Of a DNA stretch of 64,000 nt, positions 14,490 through 31,797 are shown piece by piece (positions within the stretch are counted from its first letter, which is position 1; every line of letters starts with the position of its first letter). A program made the translations under genes and the position numbers. The notes beneath the pieces are model-generated. The model did not search any database. It was not told the DNA's origin and worked only from the letters and a program-made list of their open reading frames with translations. The DNA lies in assembly GCF_009914755.1 (NCBI RefSeq), contig NC_060926.1. One strand, given 5' to 3'. This DNA is from the human T2T-CHM13v2.0 reference genome, Homo sapiens.

Positions 14490-14685
14490 GAACTAACATT
14501 TCTTGAGCCTCTATTTTATGCCAAAAGGGATGTTTACATCTTTTTAATCCCCAAACAACCCCGTGGAATTGATATTGTTTGTATTTTCATGTTACAGATG
14601 AGTAAACAAGGCTTGGAGGGATTGATGTTGTAAGTGGTGAGCTGGAATTTGAATCCAGATCTGTCCCATTCCAGTGCTCTTTCTC
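14490..14685 (-). mobile_element. MIR fragment
   Basis: 'ttacagatgagtaaacaaggc...gagctggaatttgaatccag' MIR motifs. Confidence 0.65.
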
Positions 14686-17172
14686 CTGAGCTGTTCTTCC
14701 TACCTGCAAGTTGTTATTCCAACAAAATTTCAAACTATATTCTAAATGAGCTCTGTGATAAGGTGGTATGTGCAGCCTGCTACGTGGCTTCCCTACCTAA
14801 TCATTCTTCAGAGCATCAGACCCAACTATTTCAGTAAGGTCATCAATGTTAGAGTCACACTTAACACTAAATGGATTTGGTTACCGCCTGTCCTTGCCAC
14901 CTGATGCTGCCAGGGAAAATGGAAGAACAGCTGCTGGAAAGATTTGCTAATTCCTTTGAATAGCTTGTGACATTATCTAAACTTTAGATTCCAAAGGGAT
15001 TTGTTGATTCTACAGTTTTTAAAAAAATACATCAAGATATACCTGGAAATAAGATAATGAGGTTTTTAGAAAATTATTTTGTTGGCATTATGTAGACTTC
15101 TCAAATAATTCATATGAAAGTTAATCCCAAGTTATGAATACTTGCATGACAGTCCACAGCATTAAGAGATGGCATTCTATTTGAAAGGCCATGTGCACAG
15201 TTGAGCAACTTGATATCAAGTGATCTTATTAGGGAGATTACATTGTAGACCTTGTGATACTAAAAGCTTTTTAAAAAAAATACCATGAGCTGCTTAAAAG
15301 TAACAACTGATTGTGATATATTTATTGCAACTTTAATAACATGGAAAATTATGTTTAAAAAATTTATTCATTGCTTATCACTCTTTGTGACTTTAAGATC
15401 TCTCAACAAAACACTTGAGTAGAAATCACATAACTTAATGTACAAAACAGAAAGCAGTACTAATTAAAGTGTAATAAGCCCCTTAATGGCAGGGGCAACT
15501 TATACACATCATGTTCTAAAAAGAAATTATTGATTTTTCTAATCTGTCATAACATGTTCCAGATGTATGAAGGGTGGGGGTGTGGAGGGATAGTAGACAG
15601 AGGGAGTTATTTCTCATTTTGTTTTATAACTGGAGAAAGTGAAATAGAGAAGTGATCTGTTGCAGTCATAGTGTTCTTGGATGCACAATACAGTTTTAGC
15701 TGCATTGCACTTTTTCTCGAGCAGAATATTCATACTTTACAGCTTCAGTTTAAGGAAATGGTGCCTTCTTCTTTGTTTCCAATATACTCTAACCTGAAAG
15801 CTGCAACAGCAATGCAGCCCTCTCCTCTTGCTCACTGACCTTCTTTTATGCTGGCCTTTGGTTCAGAATGGCACATCATTCCTCGTTTTTGTCTTCAGTA
15901 AATGAGACAAGATTCTGAGAAGACAGCCACCGTAATGTTGCTGCCATCAAAGGAACTGGATGCCAGTTAATTGATAAGCTTCTTCCATAGTTACACTGTC
16001 CATACTTCTCTCAATGTTAAATCAAACAAATTAGTCAGACCAAGGACACAGAACTCAGACTCTCTGGAAAACAACGTCTCTCATATACTGTAGTAAATCA
16101 CTAAGTTGCAATTGTTTTAAACGTAAACAAATAAAAGAAACAAAGAAAAGAAAAGCAGCTTACATCCTAAAGGGAAATTAATTTACAATCACATTTTTCT
16201 AATTATAGTCCTTTCAGTTCTTTTTTCCCCTTTGAGAAGTCTTCTGTATGAGTCTGCCTTTTGGCTCCACAGTCTGCACAACCCAGAGAAAACCCTCTGA
16301 TTATAGAAACTTCCATGTGGTGAGATTCTAGGTCCCCCTTTCCCCTACCCACCCCACCTCCTGCACAAATAGTTTCACCATCTGTCTATAACACTGCCTG
16401 AAATTTCATCATTAAATATATTCTTTCAGATTAAATATATACCCACTTATTTTAAAAATAATAATCACGTCATTGAACATTCCCATAAGCCTAACACAAC
16501 TATTTATATTACTTTAAATTTCTCTGATATTTTCAGTGCTTCTGCAGATCTTTTTAATCATATAAACAATATGTGAATTTATGTTTAGTCTGGTTGTTCA
16601 TTTGATGTTGTTTAATATATCCATATATCAATACAAGGTATATATTTATGTTATTTTCATAAGTAATGTACTCTACTTTGAGGATTTATAAAGAGTAAAG
16701 AATTTGAATTGTTTTAAGTTTTGCCTTTATAAATATTTCTGCCTTAAACATTATTTTACACATTGGTTTGTTCTGCCCTTTAAAAATTATTTTCTTAAAT
16801 AACCTTAAGTTTCCCAAAGCAGAAACCTGAGTCAAAGAATGGCAATGTTTTAATATCTCATTTCATATTTCTAATATGGTTAAAACTATTCCACTGAATG
16901 ATCGTATCAACTGGCAATGCTGCCAACAACTATGAGTACCAGTTTCTCTACACTGTTGGTTGATTACTATCATTATTAAATTTAAAAACATATGTATTTA
17001 CATTCATAGTTTAGAACTCATAGTTGTTGGTTTTAGATATTTTTAATTAGACAAGGTAATGATTTTTCAACTGTTGTTTTATTACAGCTCTTTCATCTGG
17101 AAGGCCTAGAGTTTGGGTATTGGTCTTATAGCTCTGCATTATGATTAAAATCATATGCGCATGCACGCACTT

Positions 17173-17196
17173 ACACACACACACACACACACACAC
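17173..17196. repeat. (AC)12 microsatellite, adjacent to a probable MLT2 3' end remnant
   Basis: CA repeat followed by 'tttctctggagaatcttgactaata'. Confidence 0.85.
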
Positions 17197-17339
17197 TTGT
17201 ACTCCATCTTATTTGCTCCCTTTCTCTGGAGAATCTTGACTAATATAGGGGCTATTATCAACTATGTTTCCATGAATGTTCTGTATGACTCCTGATGAGT
17301 ATGAGGGAGTTACTGGAGTTACTAGGGTAAAAACTGTGC

Positions 17340-20160
17340 CTCTTTTCTTCTTTATGAAGTACTGCCAAACTGTTTTTGTGCCCATTTATGTTCCCACCAG
17401 CACAGCTGAGTTCCCATTAAGGCAGATGCTGATCAACCCATGGTATTGGCTATTTTAAAATTTTTGTTAATCTGATAGATAGGAAATATCTCATTGTATT
17501 TGCATTTTCTTAATCACTAATGAAGGTGAGCATGTTTTCATATGTTTATGGGCCATTTGAGTTTCTTCTTTTGTGAAATGTGTTGTGGGAAGTCAGGGAC
17601 CCCAAACAGAGGGACTGGCTGAAGCCATGGCAGAAGAACATAAATTGTGAAGATTTCATGGACATTTATTAGTTCCCCAAATTAATACTTTTATAATTTC
17701 TTACACCTGTCTTTACTGCAATCTCTGAACATAAATTGTAAAGATTCAGGGCATTTATCACTTCCCCAATCAATACTCTTGTGATTTCCCATGCCTGTCT
17801 TTACTTTAATCTCTTAATCCTGTCATCTTCGTAAGCTGAGGATGTATGTGGCCTCAGGACCCTGAGATGATTGCATTAACTAAACAAATTGTTTGTAGAC
17901 CATGTGTTTTTGAACAATATGAAATATGGGCACCTTAAGAACAGGATAACAGCGATTTTCAGGGAACAAGGGAGATAACCTTAAAGTCTGGCTGCCTGTG
18001 GGCTGGGCAGGACAGAGCCATACTTCTCTTATTACCGAAAACAGGTAAGAGAAATATCGCTGAATTCTTTCCCCAGTAAGGAATATTAATAATTAACAGC
18101 CCTGGGAAAAGAATGCATTCCCAGGGGGGGCCTCTAAAATGGCCACCCTGGGAGTGTCTGCCTTATGCAGATGTAGATAGGGATGAAACACGCCCTAGTC
18201 TCCTGCAGCGCCCCAAGGTTTGCTAGGATTAGGAAATTCCAGCCTGGCGAATTCTAGTCAGACCGTTTCTCTGCTCTTGAACCCTGTTAAGATGTTTATC
18301 AATGATAATGCGTGCACAGCGGGACATGGAAGTTCATTAGTGATTCTAGTTTCGCCCTGAACTTGTGATCTCGCCCTGACATTCTGCCTTGTGATCTTTT
18401 GTTGCCCTTGAGGCATGTGATCTCTGTGACCCACTCCCTCCCCTTTGAAAATTGCTAATAAAAACTTGGGTTTTATGGCTCGGGGGCATCATGAAACCTG
18501 CCTACATGTGATGTCTCTCCCAGACACCCAGCTTTAAAATTTCTCTCTTTTGTACTCTTTCCCTTTATTTCTCAGACTGGCTGACACTTAGGGAAAATAG
18601 AAAAGGACCGACGTTGAAATATCGGGGGCTGAATTTTCCCTGATAAAATGTCTGGTCCTATTTTGTCATTTTCCCACTGATTTGTAGCAGCTCTTGCATA
18701 CTATAGATGTTAGATCTTAGTAACATATGCTACAAATATTTTCTACTAATTTGTAACTTGTCTTTGCACTTTTTATGTTGTCCTTTGATGATCTGAAACA
18801 TATCTAAAATTCTTAATTTTAATTTAGTTTAAATTTTCAATCTTTCACCTGTTTGTCTTTTTGTACTTTGTTCAAGAAATCCTTCTGTACTCTGTTGCCA
18901 TGAGGATATTTTCCTATGTATTTTTTTAAAGGCTTTGGTTTTGCCTTTTACTTTTAGGTCTTTGATTCTCCCAAAATTTTATTTTGTTTATAGTGTGAGG
19001 TAGAGACTCAATATAATTTTTTCCCATATGGATATCTTTATCCAGTACCATTTATTGAAAAACTCATCATTTTCCTGTCATCTGCAATACCACTTCCATC
19101 ATATATCTAGTATCTATATATGTCAGTGTCTATTTCTGGGCTTTAATTCTGTTCCATAGATCTATTTGTCTATCCAGCACTAATACTGTACTATCTTAAG
19201 AACCACAGCTTTATTAGTGTCCTGAAAGCTGGTAGGACAAACTCATTTGTCCTCTTTAAGAGTGTTTTGGCTATTTTTGGTCCTTTGTTATTCCATATAC
19301 ATTTTAGAATATGATGGTCATGTTTGACTTTTTAAACAAAATCTATCAGAGATTTGATTGAGATTGCATTGATTCTGTAGATCAAATTAGGGACAACAGA
19401 TATCTTTATAATATAGAATCTTCTAGTTCTATTGTTTCTTAAAAGTTTTGTATATTCTGTTAGATTAATACATAGGTATTTTCCATTAAAAATACATGTG
19501 GATGGAATGAATATATATACAGAGAGAGAGAGTGAGGGAAATAGAAAGAGAATAAGAAAAAGAGTGTATGTGTTATTTGCTAACTCTAGCTGCTATATAG
19601 AAATGAAATAGAGTTTTATATTGAGTTGGTATCTGACAACTTTTGTTAAATTTACATTCATTTAAAAAATTTATTGGTAGTTCATTTTGAATTTTTTTAC
19701 ATATTAACAGTATTATTTGAAAGCAATGATAGTATTATCCCTCTTTCAATCCTTATTCTTTTGTTATGTTTTCTTGCTTTTCTTCAGTGACTTGTACATA
19801 CAGTGTAATGTTAAATAGAAATGGGAATCCTTGTTTTGTTCCTAATCTTAGATAAAATTATTTGAATAACCACAAGATATAATATTTTCCTTAGTTTTAT
19901 TTATTTTTAAATTAGACTGAGGAAGCTCCTTCTATTCCTAGTTAACTAGATGTTTTTATTATAAATGAATGTTAAATTTTATCAAACACCTTTTCTGCAT
20001 TTATTGAGATGATCATATAAATTTTCTCCTTTAATTTGTTAACATGGTGAACAACATTACTAATTTTTTAGTATAAACCAATCCCGAATTATTAGGATAA
20101 ACCTAATTTGATATATTATCTCATACCCATTGCTGGGTATGTTTTTGGTAATATTTTATT
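17340..20160 (-). mobile_element. Old L1M ORF2/3' fragment interrupted by MER11
   Basis: Antisense L1 motifs (ctcattgtatttgcatttt, ccagtaccatttattgaaaa, gagattgcattgattctgtagatc) continuous across the LTR. Confidence 0.75.
17581..18645 (+). mobile_element. Solo MER11 LTR (HERV-K11/HML-8), ~1065 bp
   Basis: Starts tgttgtgggaagtcagggacccc; internal repeat gaacataaattgt..agatt; AATAAA near 18457; ends ttttccctgata; TSD aaatg at 17576-17580 and 18646-18650. Confidence 0.93.
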
Positions 20161-20911
20161 ACTGGCATATACTTTGAAGCTTATCCCTTATTCCTTTAAG
20201 CATAGTAAACATTTTAACTTTATAGCTGGTATGTGAAATACATATGGACATATTCCTTGTAGCTCTTGCTTTTGCTGTGTATCACTCATGGTGCTTTTGT
20301 TCACTCGTATATTTTGTTGTGTTTTTGTTGTGAGTTGTTCATTTTACTTAGAGTTTCATTTCTTTGAAGTCTTTGAAGACTGAGATGATGGTGGGATACT
20401 ATAGATTAATTTGCATTTGTTTCTGACCAGCCATATGAAGGCACTACAAGTCTGGGGTGCTCTAATTTAAATTCTTAACTTGTGGTTTTTGGTAACACAC
20501 AGTTTCTGTGAATTTGCGCTACAAATCTGTGTGAGGACCATCTTGTGATTCCAAATTTTCAGCAACTATTTTTACCTCCTGTACTCTTTGCTAAAGGTCA
20601 AGGATATTTTCTTTTTAGACCTCAGGGACAAGAAAGGGATGGGTTTATTTCCAGGTCATGCTTACACTGACTGTTTAGAACTTTGATATTTCAGCTCTTT
20701 TAAAGTAAGGGATGAGCTAATAAATTGCTACCTTTTGAAAGTCCTTGTCTTTGTTTCCTGCTCTGTGGGCTCTGTAGATTCAGGATAACCAAGGCTCAAA
20801 TTTACACAAGTTAACAAATAGACTCAGAAAGAAAACTGGCTAAAATACTACACTTCTCCAAGATCCCTTCCTCTTTTAGTCCCTGATCTGAGACTTCCTT
20901 ACTTTCTTGTA

Positions 20912-21277
20912 CAGACAGTCCCCAATTTACAATGGTTTGCTTATAATTTTTTGACTTTATAGTGGTGCAAAGGTGATGTGCATTCAGTAGAAACCATTTG
21001 AGTACCCATACAACCATTCTGTTTTTCATATTCGATACACGAGTTAATAAATTACATAAAATATTCAACACTTTATTATAAAATAGGCTTTGTCTTAGAT
21101 GATTTTGCCCAACTGTAGGCTAATGTAGGCGTTTTAGCACCCAACTACCTGTTTAAGGTAGGCTAGGCTAAGCCATGATGTTTAGTAGGTTAGGTGTATT
21201 AAATGCATTTTTCACTTACAATATTTTCAACTTTCAATGGGTGTATCAGGGAGTAACCCCATTATAAGAAGCATCTG
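20912..21277 (-). mobile_element. MER47A TcMar-Tigger MITE
   Basis: cagacagtcccc...gcatctg termini, TA target duplications at 20910-11 and 21278-79, 'taaggtaggctaggctaag' core. Confidence 0.85.
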
Positions 21278-22871
21278 TAGTTCATTGATGCTTTTAAGAT
21301 TTCTTGAACACATAATCTAGAATTTTTTGTTGTTTTCTTAAAAAAGGACAAACTAGGTGCCTATTCTTCCACATGATGTGAAATTACTGTATTAAATGTT
21401 TATATCCCCATCCTATAGTCTTGCTGTTATCTTAATTTTGCTATTATTGTTTATAAATATGCTCTTCCAATGCAAATATCCTTGGGAGGGACAACACATT
21501 AACTGTGAACTTACTAGTTTGAAATAGTTTTTGAGATGTATTCCTCTGACAACAGTGACTAGAACTCTGAAACAGTGGGAGAATATATATATTTGTGATA
21601 AAAATAGGTAAGAAAAGAGAAGTGATTTTGAAGAATGAGATATTATTGAAGAAAAATAGACTGGAATGGTATGTTACCTCTGGGCAATCGGTGATTGGGA
21701 GACACAGGGAGGCATCAGAATGGATGAGAGATATACTTAAAATCCCCAAAGATAGGAAGGCACTAAAATAAATTTCTCTTGCCTCACAATTTTGCCTAGG
21801 TTTAGTTATATAAGCATAACTAGAATAACTTACAACAGAATTCCTATGAAATTAAAAACTCTAATTCAGAAGGCAAGCCTATCTAAACTCAAGTTTTCTT
21901 GAAATATTTTGGTTTATTTCACGCACAACCTTGGTAAAATAAATAGGAAAGCATATACTTAAAAAAAAAAACCTGAATACAGAGATAGTTTTACTTCAAG
22001 TTTTTATTCTCCCCACTGCTGCCTGTTTTTGTCTTATTGCAATAACTAGGACCTTCATTAACACTGTTGAGTACAAGTTGTAAGGGTGGGCCTTCACTCT
22101 TGGTTACTGATCTGAGGGGAAAAGCATTCAATGTATGTTCATTAAGTGTGAGGTTAGCTCTAGGTTTTTGTGAAAGTTCCCTTCTATTCCTAGTTAGCTA
22201 AAAGTGTTCTTATAATTGGGTGATGGATTTTGAAAAATGTTATTTCTGCATCTATGGAAATGATCTTATGTTTTTTTTCTTCATTATTCTGTTAATGTGG
22301 TTATAGTGATAAATTTGTGGGTGTTAAACCAATCTTACATTTTTGTGACATACCCTTCTTGGTCACTGTATATTATTACTGATATATATTGCTGCAATCA
22401 ATGCATTAAGTTTTCAAAGATTTTTATGTCTATGTTCATGGAAAATATTGGTAGGCAAATTTTTTTCTGGTAATTTCTTTGTTAGGTTTTAGTATCAGAG
22501 TTATGGTGGCCTCACGAACAAGCAGGAAAGTGTTCCCTCCTTCTGTTTTTTATAAGGGTTTGTGTAAGATTAGTGTTATTTCTTCAGTGAATGTTCATCA
22601 GTGAAACCATCTGAATCTAGATTTACACTGTGGAATTTTTTGACAATAAATTTAATTTTAAAAATGGATATAGGACTATTAATGTTTTTGTTTAACCTGT
22701 ATTGACTTTGGTAAATTGCATTTTTCAAAGAACTTATCCATTTTATTTAAGTTGTCATATTTTTAGTATAAAATTTTAGTAATGGTATCTTATTATCCTT
22801 TTCATGCCTGTAGAGTTTATAGTGATAACCTCTCTTTTATTTCTGATACTGGTGATTTATGTTCTATTCTT

Positions 22872-24236
<1,365 letters not shown>

Positions 24237-24285
24237 TTATGTTATATTCTTAATCCATTTTAGGATTTATCAATTTTGTTGATAA

Positions 24286-25352
<1,067 letters not shown>

Positions 25353-25409
25353 GTTATGGAAGTACCTGAGAAGAGGATCTTACCTCTCGTGTTCAGTTTT
25401 ATGGAAGTA

Positions 25410-25870
25410 GGTAGCCTTAGATAAAATTCCCTGGAACCAGAATCTGAGACAGAGATTTGGGTGGATGTGGTTTATTGAGGGACTCCTCGGGAAAAACCTG
25501 TAAGTGAAGGAGAGGAGCACGATAGGGAAGGGAAAAGAGCTGCCAAGCAAGGATCTGGTCTTAGGTAAAGTCTAGTCCTGGCCCAAACCACAGAAGGGAG
25601 GGATCTGAAATACAAACAGCACAGCAGAGTTGTCATCCCTGGTGGCAAGGGCTGGACTTTTATGCCATCATGTCAGTTGGCCACTGTTGTGGGTCATCTA
25701 TGGAGGGAGCACAACTTCCCTAGTAAGTTGGCTCCTATCAGTTGATGGCAATTCTCTAGAGAAGAGGGCTAGCTGTAAGCTATTACCAGCCACCACTCAT
25801 AGGACCTTGGGGATAGAAGATTTAACCAAGTGAACAGGATCTGAACAGGGCACCACAGTATCAACCACAA
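25410..25870 (-). mobile_element. Old ERVL LTR (LTR16-like)
   Basis: 'ttccctggaaccagaatctgagacagagatttgggtggatgtggtttattgaggg' resembles the antisense LTR16 end. Confidence 0.5.
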
Positions 25871-26080
25871 CTCTGATAGTAAACATAGAGTCCTAGGCAA
25901 ATAAAATAGGATTTGCAGGTGGGGGAAGTGCTTTGAATATTTAATGTAATGCCTTGTAGCCAATACAATATTTTTGATAGTGTTTGAAGAACTATGCCAA
26001 TAATAATCCTTGTTCAGGGGAATAATACTCTCACAGATGAATAAGACTTGATGTAAGGAAGAAATAGAATACAAAGTTGG

Positions 26081-26990
26081 TGTATTTGTTAGGGCTGGCT
26101 ATATTGTTACAAATTTTAGACCCCAAACATGTAATGGCTCTAAAGTTTATTTCTCTCTCAACAGTCCAGGTTGATGTGGGGAGTGGAGAAACTAGAGGAA
26201 AGGGCCCTCCTTTACACAATCATTCAGGCACCTGAGCTGACAGCAGCTCTGCAATCTTCAAGACATGATTTCCAAGACTCTCATGAGTATTGCCATCCAG
26301 CTGACTGGGTGTATTAATTATCTGCTGCTGCATAACAAACTTAGCAGCTTAAAACAACAATTAATATTTATTATCTCATTGTTATTTTGGGTCAGAAATT
26401 TGGACCCAATTTCTTAGCTGAATGGTTCTGGCTCAAGGTCATTCATGAGTTTGCCATCAGATGTGTTTTGTGGGTACAGTCATAAGAAGGCTTGACTAGG
26501 GCTGAAGTATCTGCTTCCAATATGGCTTCCTTAGTCCTGGCTATAGGCAGCTGGCTTTGGTTTCCTGACACTCAGGCCTCTTTATAAGGGCTGTTGGAAT
26601 GCCCTCATGACGTAGTAGCTGACCTCCCTCAGGAAAGTAATCTAAGAGAACAAGATGAAAGCCTAAATGTCCTTTATGGCCTTGACTTGGAAATCACATT
26701 CCATCATTTCTGCACTATCTTGTTCGTTACACAGGTCTGCTATATTCAGTAGAGGAGGGAATTATACAGGGACCATGAGCCAAGAATCACTGACAGCCAT
26801 CTCAGAGGTGCGCTATCATCTTAGAGGAGCACGTGTGGGAGGTTTTTAAGGACAAATCCTATTTGCATTCCATTGGAGTACACTTACTCGCATGGCTACA
26901 TCTAATAGCAGGAGACGCAAGGACATGTCGTATAGTTGGTTAGCCATGTGCCTTTTATTACAGTGGAAGGAGGAGGGAAGTATTTAAATG
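26081..26990 (-). mobile_element. LTR33-like ERVL LTR with a nested MLT1G/H-like LTR (~26309-26820)
   Basis: 'tgtattaattatctgctgctgcataacaaacttagcagcttaaaacaac' MLT1 end, inside LTR33-like flanks. Confidence 0.6.
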
Positions 26991-28059
26991 CACATCTGGC
27001 AGCTTCTGCTACAATTGGGAAAATGAAACAGGAAGAAAAAATCTTCAAGACAAGAATAACTAAAATAACAACAAAAGTTGACGTTAGTGAGCAAATTTCT
27101 TTATGTACCCAAACCTACATAATGCTTAAATTTTTTTTCTGATTTCATAAAATTGTTCTTGTCTATAGAATCTCATAGGCAAAAGCTCTTAAATTCTGAT
27201 AGATTGTTTTTAAAAATCCAACATCTTAGTCATGCATGGCCTTAACAAATGTTTTCAATTTAAGTAACTGACTTTTTAAAAATAGTGCAAAAAATACTAA
27301 TGTCCATTAGTGAAATCCAAGACACATATACAATAGGGAAAATATAATTTGTCTACACACTCGCTGCCTGGAAAATTAGTAACCAAGGTGCAAAATATTC
27401 TATCCCTTCTTTAAGAATCTCCCCTGCAGAAATGTTTCCTATGCACTGACTTAGGTCAGAGACCAGGTAATTCTCATTGCATTTCCTATTAAAACAGTAA
27501 AATCTCAGATAGAAGATTAAATATTGAACCAAAAGATTTTTTAATTAGTTTTGCTTAATGAGGAAGAGATAATCTCAGTTGTAACAAGAACCTCAAGTGA
27601 AAAATAGTTTTCTTCCTAATTTGTCCCAAACATTCTGTTTTGGCTTTGAGTCATATTCTGCATCAGTGAACTGGAATTCAGAATGTTATTGATTTTTCCT
27701 AAACATTTAACAACTCAGAACTAGTCTTGCCCACATTTCCACTGAAGATAGTATATATTCATTCTTTTTAAAGTAAGTTTGCTTGACTACACTTGATTGG
27801 AATGATAGAAGTAGCACATTATAAAAAATTCTGTATCCTTTGAATTGCTGCATCCTGCATTGTTATTATAACAATTTAAGAAAGCAATAGCCTTATTTCA
27901 GGGTCCATCAGTTCTTTGTAATGCAGAAATGTGTAAATCAGATGGCAAAATTCTTGTCAATGATTATGATCACTCTGTGACATCTTGATTCATGATAAAA
28001 AACCAAATATACATTATATATTTTCTATAGAATTTAATAACATTTACCTCAAAACAAGG

Positions 28060-28310
28060 AGCAGCTGTGTGGGAGTAGAATGTACACAAGATATCAAGTT
28101 GGGAATCTTGACTCTATCATTTATTAGCTTTATCATATCATTTAATATATGGGCAAGCCATATCATTTCTTACATGGGCAAGTCATCTAGTCTATTTGAG
28201 TTCCAGTTTCCTCATATAAAAACAAATACTAACAACCTCTTAAGACTGTGTATAGATTAAAAGAGGGAAAAATGTAAAAGAACTTAGCCAACATTTATAT
28301 GGCACATAAA
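28060..28310 (+). mobile_element. MIR fragment
   Basis: 'gggcaagtcatctagtctatttgagttccagtttcctcatataaaa'. Confidence 0.65.
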
Positions 28311-28699
28311 GGTTTTGTTTATTGGTCCTTTAATCCTGTTAATCTAAAAATAGAATTTCACACATGGGAAAATTCAGACAGAGAAGTCAAGTAACCTGCT
28401 TAAGATCATATATCCAAGAAATTTTCTAGTGCACTTATCACTACACTGTGCTCATATCAAAGTCTCTTGCAGGGGACATATAAACCAATTAATTGCAGGA
28501 GGTATGGGACCTTACTGGTTGGTTATACATGTGTAGTGGGAGTTGGGGGTACTACAATGTGGAGTATTTTAGCACCCTGAGGAAAAGCTTAGTCCAAATT
28601 GGTTATATATGAGAAATTTGCTCTGTCCTGAAAGAAGGCATATTTCCCAATGTCCACTTTAGATTCAGTCAAAGAAGAAAATGAAAAAGGACAAAACTT

Positions 28700-29510
28700 T
28701 CAGAAGGCAGATCCAGGGGCTACAGAGACCAATAAGCAAAAGGAGCATCTCAAAATCAGAATTAATCAGGTAACATTCCTCAAACACAGGTAGGGGGCCC
28801 TCAAAAGTTGTTCCCAACAGGATTTCAGAATTCTATAGACATGTATTTGCTGTGTGTTTTCCATTTTCCCCAAGGAGAATATTACAATTATCCTGTTCCT
28901 GTATCAGCCCTTATGTATCAGGTGAGAGAAGGCAGAAAATCTGTCTTTTTTTTATTTCACAGGTGTAAGTAGGATCTACAGAAGCAGATCATGATTAGAA
29001 ACTACCATACCTCACCCAGATGTCACAGATTATGACCTTGATGCTATGCTTGCCTAGGACTTTGGGGCTTTCTCCCTAAGGGAATGGGTGGGTATATTTT
29101 GCATCTCAGAAATAGAGCAAATCAAACATTTGGTGACCAAAAGGCATGTAGCCATTAGAGCTATTCTAAATATTCTAGTTCTTCTGGGGATATGATGGGA
29201 CTGTACTTTCCTGCCCCTTGAAGTTAGACATAGACAGGTAATTTACTCTGGCCAATGAAATGTGAGTGGAAATGATATGTGTCACTTTCAGGCAAAATTC
29301 ATTTATTCACATGTTTCTCTTCTCTCCTACCATAGCGATCACAGAAACACATGTATAGATGGAACCTCTTTCAGCCCAGGTCCTTGAGTCACTAAGTTGA
29401 ACAGAGACCTCCTTGCTAACCTGAGTTCTGAATGTAGAGTGAGCAAGAAATAAATATTTATTGTGATCAAGCCTCTGTGATATGAAAGTTGTTTGTTACT
29501 ACAGTAAAAG
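28700..29510 (+). mobile_element. MLT1 internal 3' remnant plus MLT1I/J-like LTR (~29146-29510)
   Basis: 'ggatttcagaatt' MaLR-internal motif; LTR 'ggccaatgaaatgtgagtggaa...aataaa...ttgtttgttactacag'. Confidence 0.6.
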
Positions 29511-29909
29511 GCAGTAGACTTTTATTAACACAAGCACACATTTTATTAATTCATTGAAATTATTTCCTTCACAAAGACAAGTAGGATCAATGTCAATCAA
29601 CCTGAGATAAAGTGTTGTTGGTTTTTTTTTTTTTTATAACCAACCTAATAAATTGTATTTCCCAGTACTAGGTAAAATTGTTGGCCAAAAATTTAATAAA
29701 GTCAACCATCTCAACTCAGCAGCCCAGCACCACTGAATTGGAAAGAGTTCTCATAAAGAAGTCTAGGGTTGGTTCAGCAGAAGAGGTGTTTCGAGGAGGC
29801 CACAAATAAGTACTCCGTGGCAGCAAAGAAGAGTGAAAGACAGGAGAGAAAAACACTGAAATTATGAGGGCCTCAATGAAAGTTTACCAAAAAAAAAATG
29901 ACTGCTTAG

Positions 29910-30629
<720 letters not shown>

Positions 30630-30670
30630 TAAAGTGGACCCAGGAGTGAATAGAAGGCATGCTGGGAAGG

Positions 30671-30845
30671 CAGGGGTGGAGTTACCATGAAGCTCATAAG
30701 GCATAAGCTTTAGGACCCCTCACTTGCACAGGCCCTTTCTAAGGTCCTGTGAGGGGACCTAGCAATCTTGTATTTGTAGTTTTTTAAAGGACTGCCCCCT
30801 AAATTATATGAGCTTCAGGTCCATGCAACCTGTATCGGCCTCTGT
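30671..30845 (+). mobile_element. Arthur1A-like hAT-Tip100 MITE
   Basis: caggggtggagttaccatgaagc ... gcttcaggtccatgcaacctgtatcggcctctg termini (recalled consensus). Confidence 0.6.
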
Positions 30846-30960
30846 ATGGAGGCAGTAAGCTGGCATGGAAAGTCTTGTCACAGCTTCAGGCACTGGGAGT
30901 CAGGTAGAGGACACTCCATATTAGGAAATTAATCCTTCCCTGGGAAAGGGGACTTGAGTA

Positions 30961-31797
30961 CAGGACCAGCTACACAATTGCAGGGCTTGGTACAAAACAA
31001 AAATGTGAGGCTTTTTGTCCAGGAAGCAGGAAACATGTATTGTTACAGGAACTAATATATAAATCTTTTTCCTTTCTTCCACTTTCTCTCTCTCAACCTG
31101 TCATGGTACTTTAAATTTGCCATTTAATGTTATGTTCATGCAGACTTGGTGTGAATGGAGATTTCAAGCAGCCAGGGGCCCCTGCCCCAACATGATACAC
31201 CAACTACTGGGTTTCTCCTCCCACCAACCACTAAACCAATGTTTTGCCCACAGTCAGGGTGAGAAATTTAAGTCAAGCATTTCTCCTTCTCACCGGCCTG
31301 CTGCCACAATCCACAATGAACAGCAGAACCTCCAGATATACCAGATACCTGGATGAGGGTTAGGCTAGAGGCTCATTCAGCCAAGTTCTTGCCTAATATA
31401 CTGTGGCACTATCAGTACAGGATGAAGATGGCACTGCCCATGCCCAACTGGTCCCAACCCTCCCCAAGCCTACACCCAGGGGGTGATGGGTGATAGCTGT
31501 CACTGGGTGGGGGCAGTAAGAGGGAGGCTGGATGAGTCTCTGGGCTTCAGGGAATAGGGGAGTGGGCAGTGAAGAAGCTGTTTGGGAAGGTGGTGGGAGG
31601 CAGGACTGTGAATGAGCCTGGGCTCCAAGCCCCAAGTACGTGCTCCATTGTCTTACCAGACTTCACTTACCAAACACAAATTTGAAGATAAAGTATTAAG
31701 AACTTTAAGATGGTGACAACAGAATATTAAACCCCAAGCATAAAGCCCCCTTCTGAGCATGAGGCCTTATGAGACTGCATCCATGAAGGAAGCCTTG
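30961..31797 (-). mobile_element. MER45-family hAT-Tip100 element
   Basis: caggaccagctacacaattgcagggc ... agaatattaaaccccaagc ... catgaaggaagccttg termini. Confidence 0.6.
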
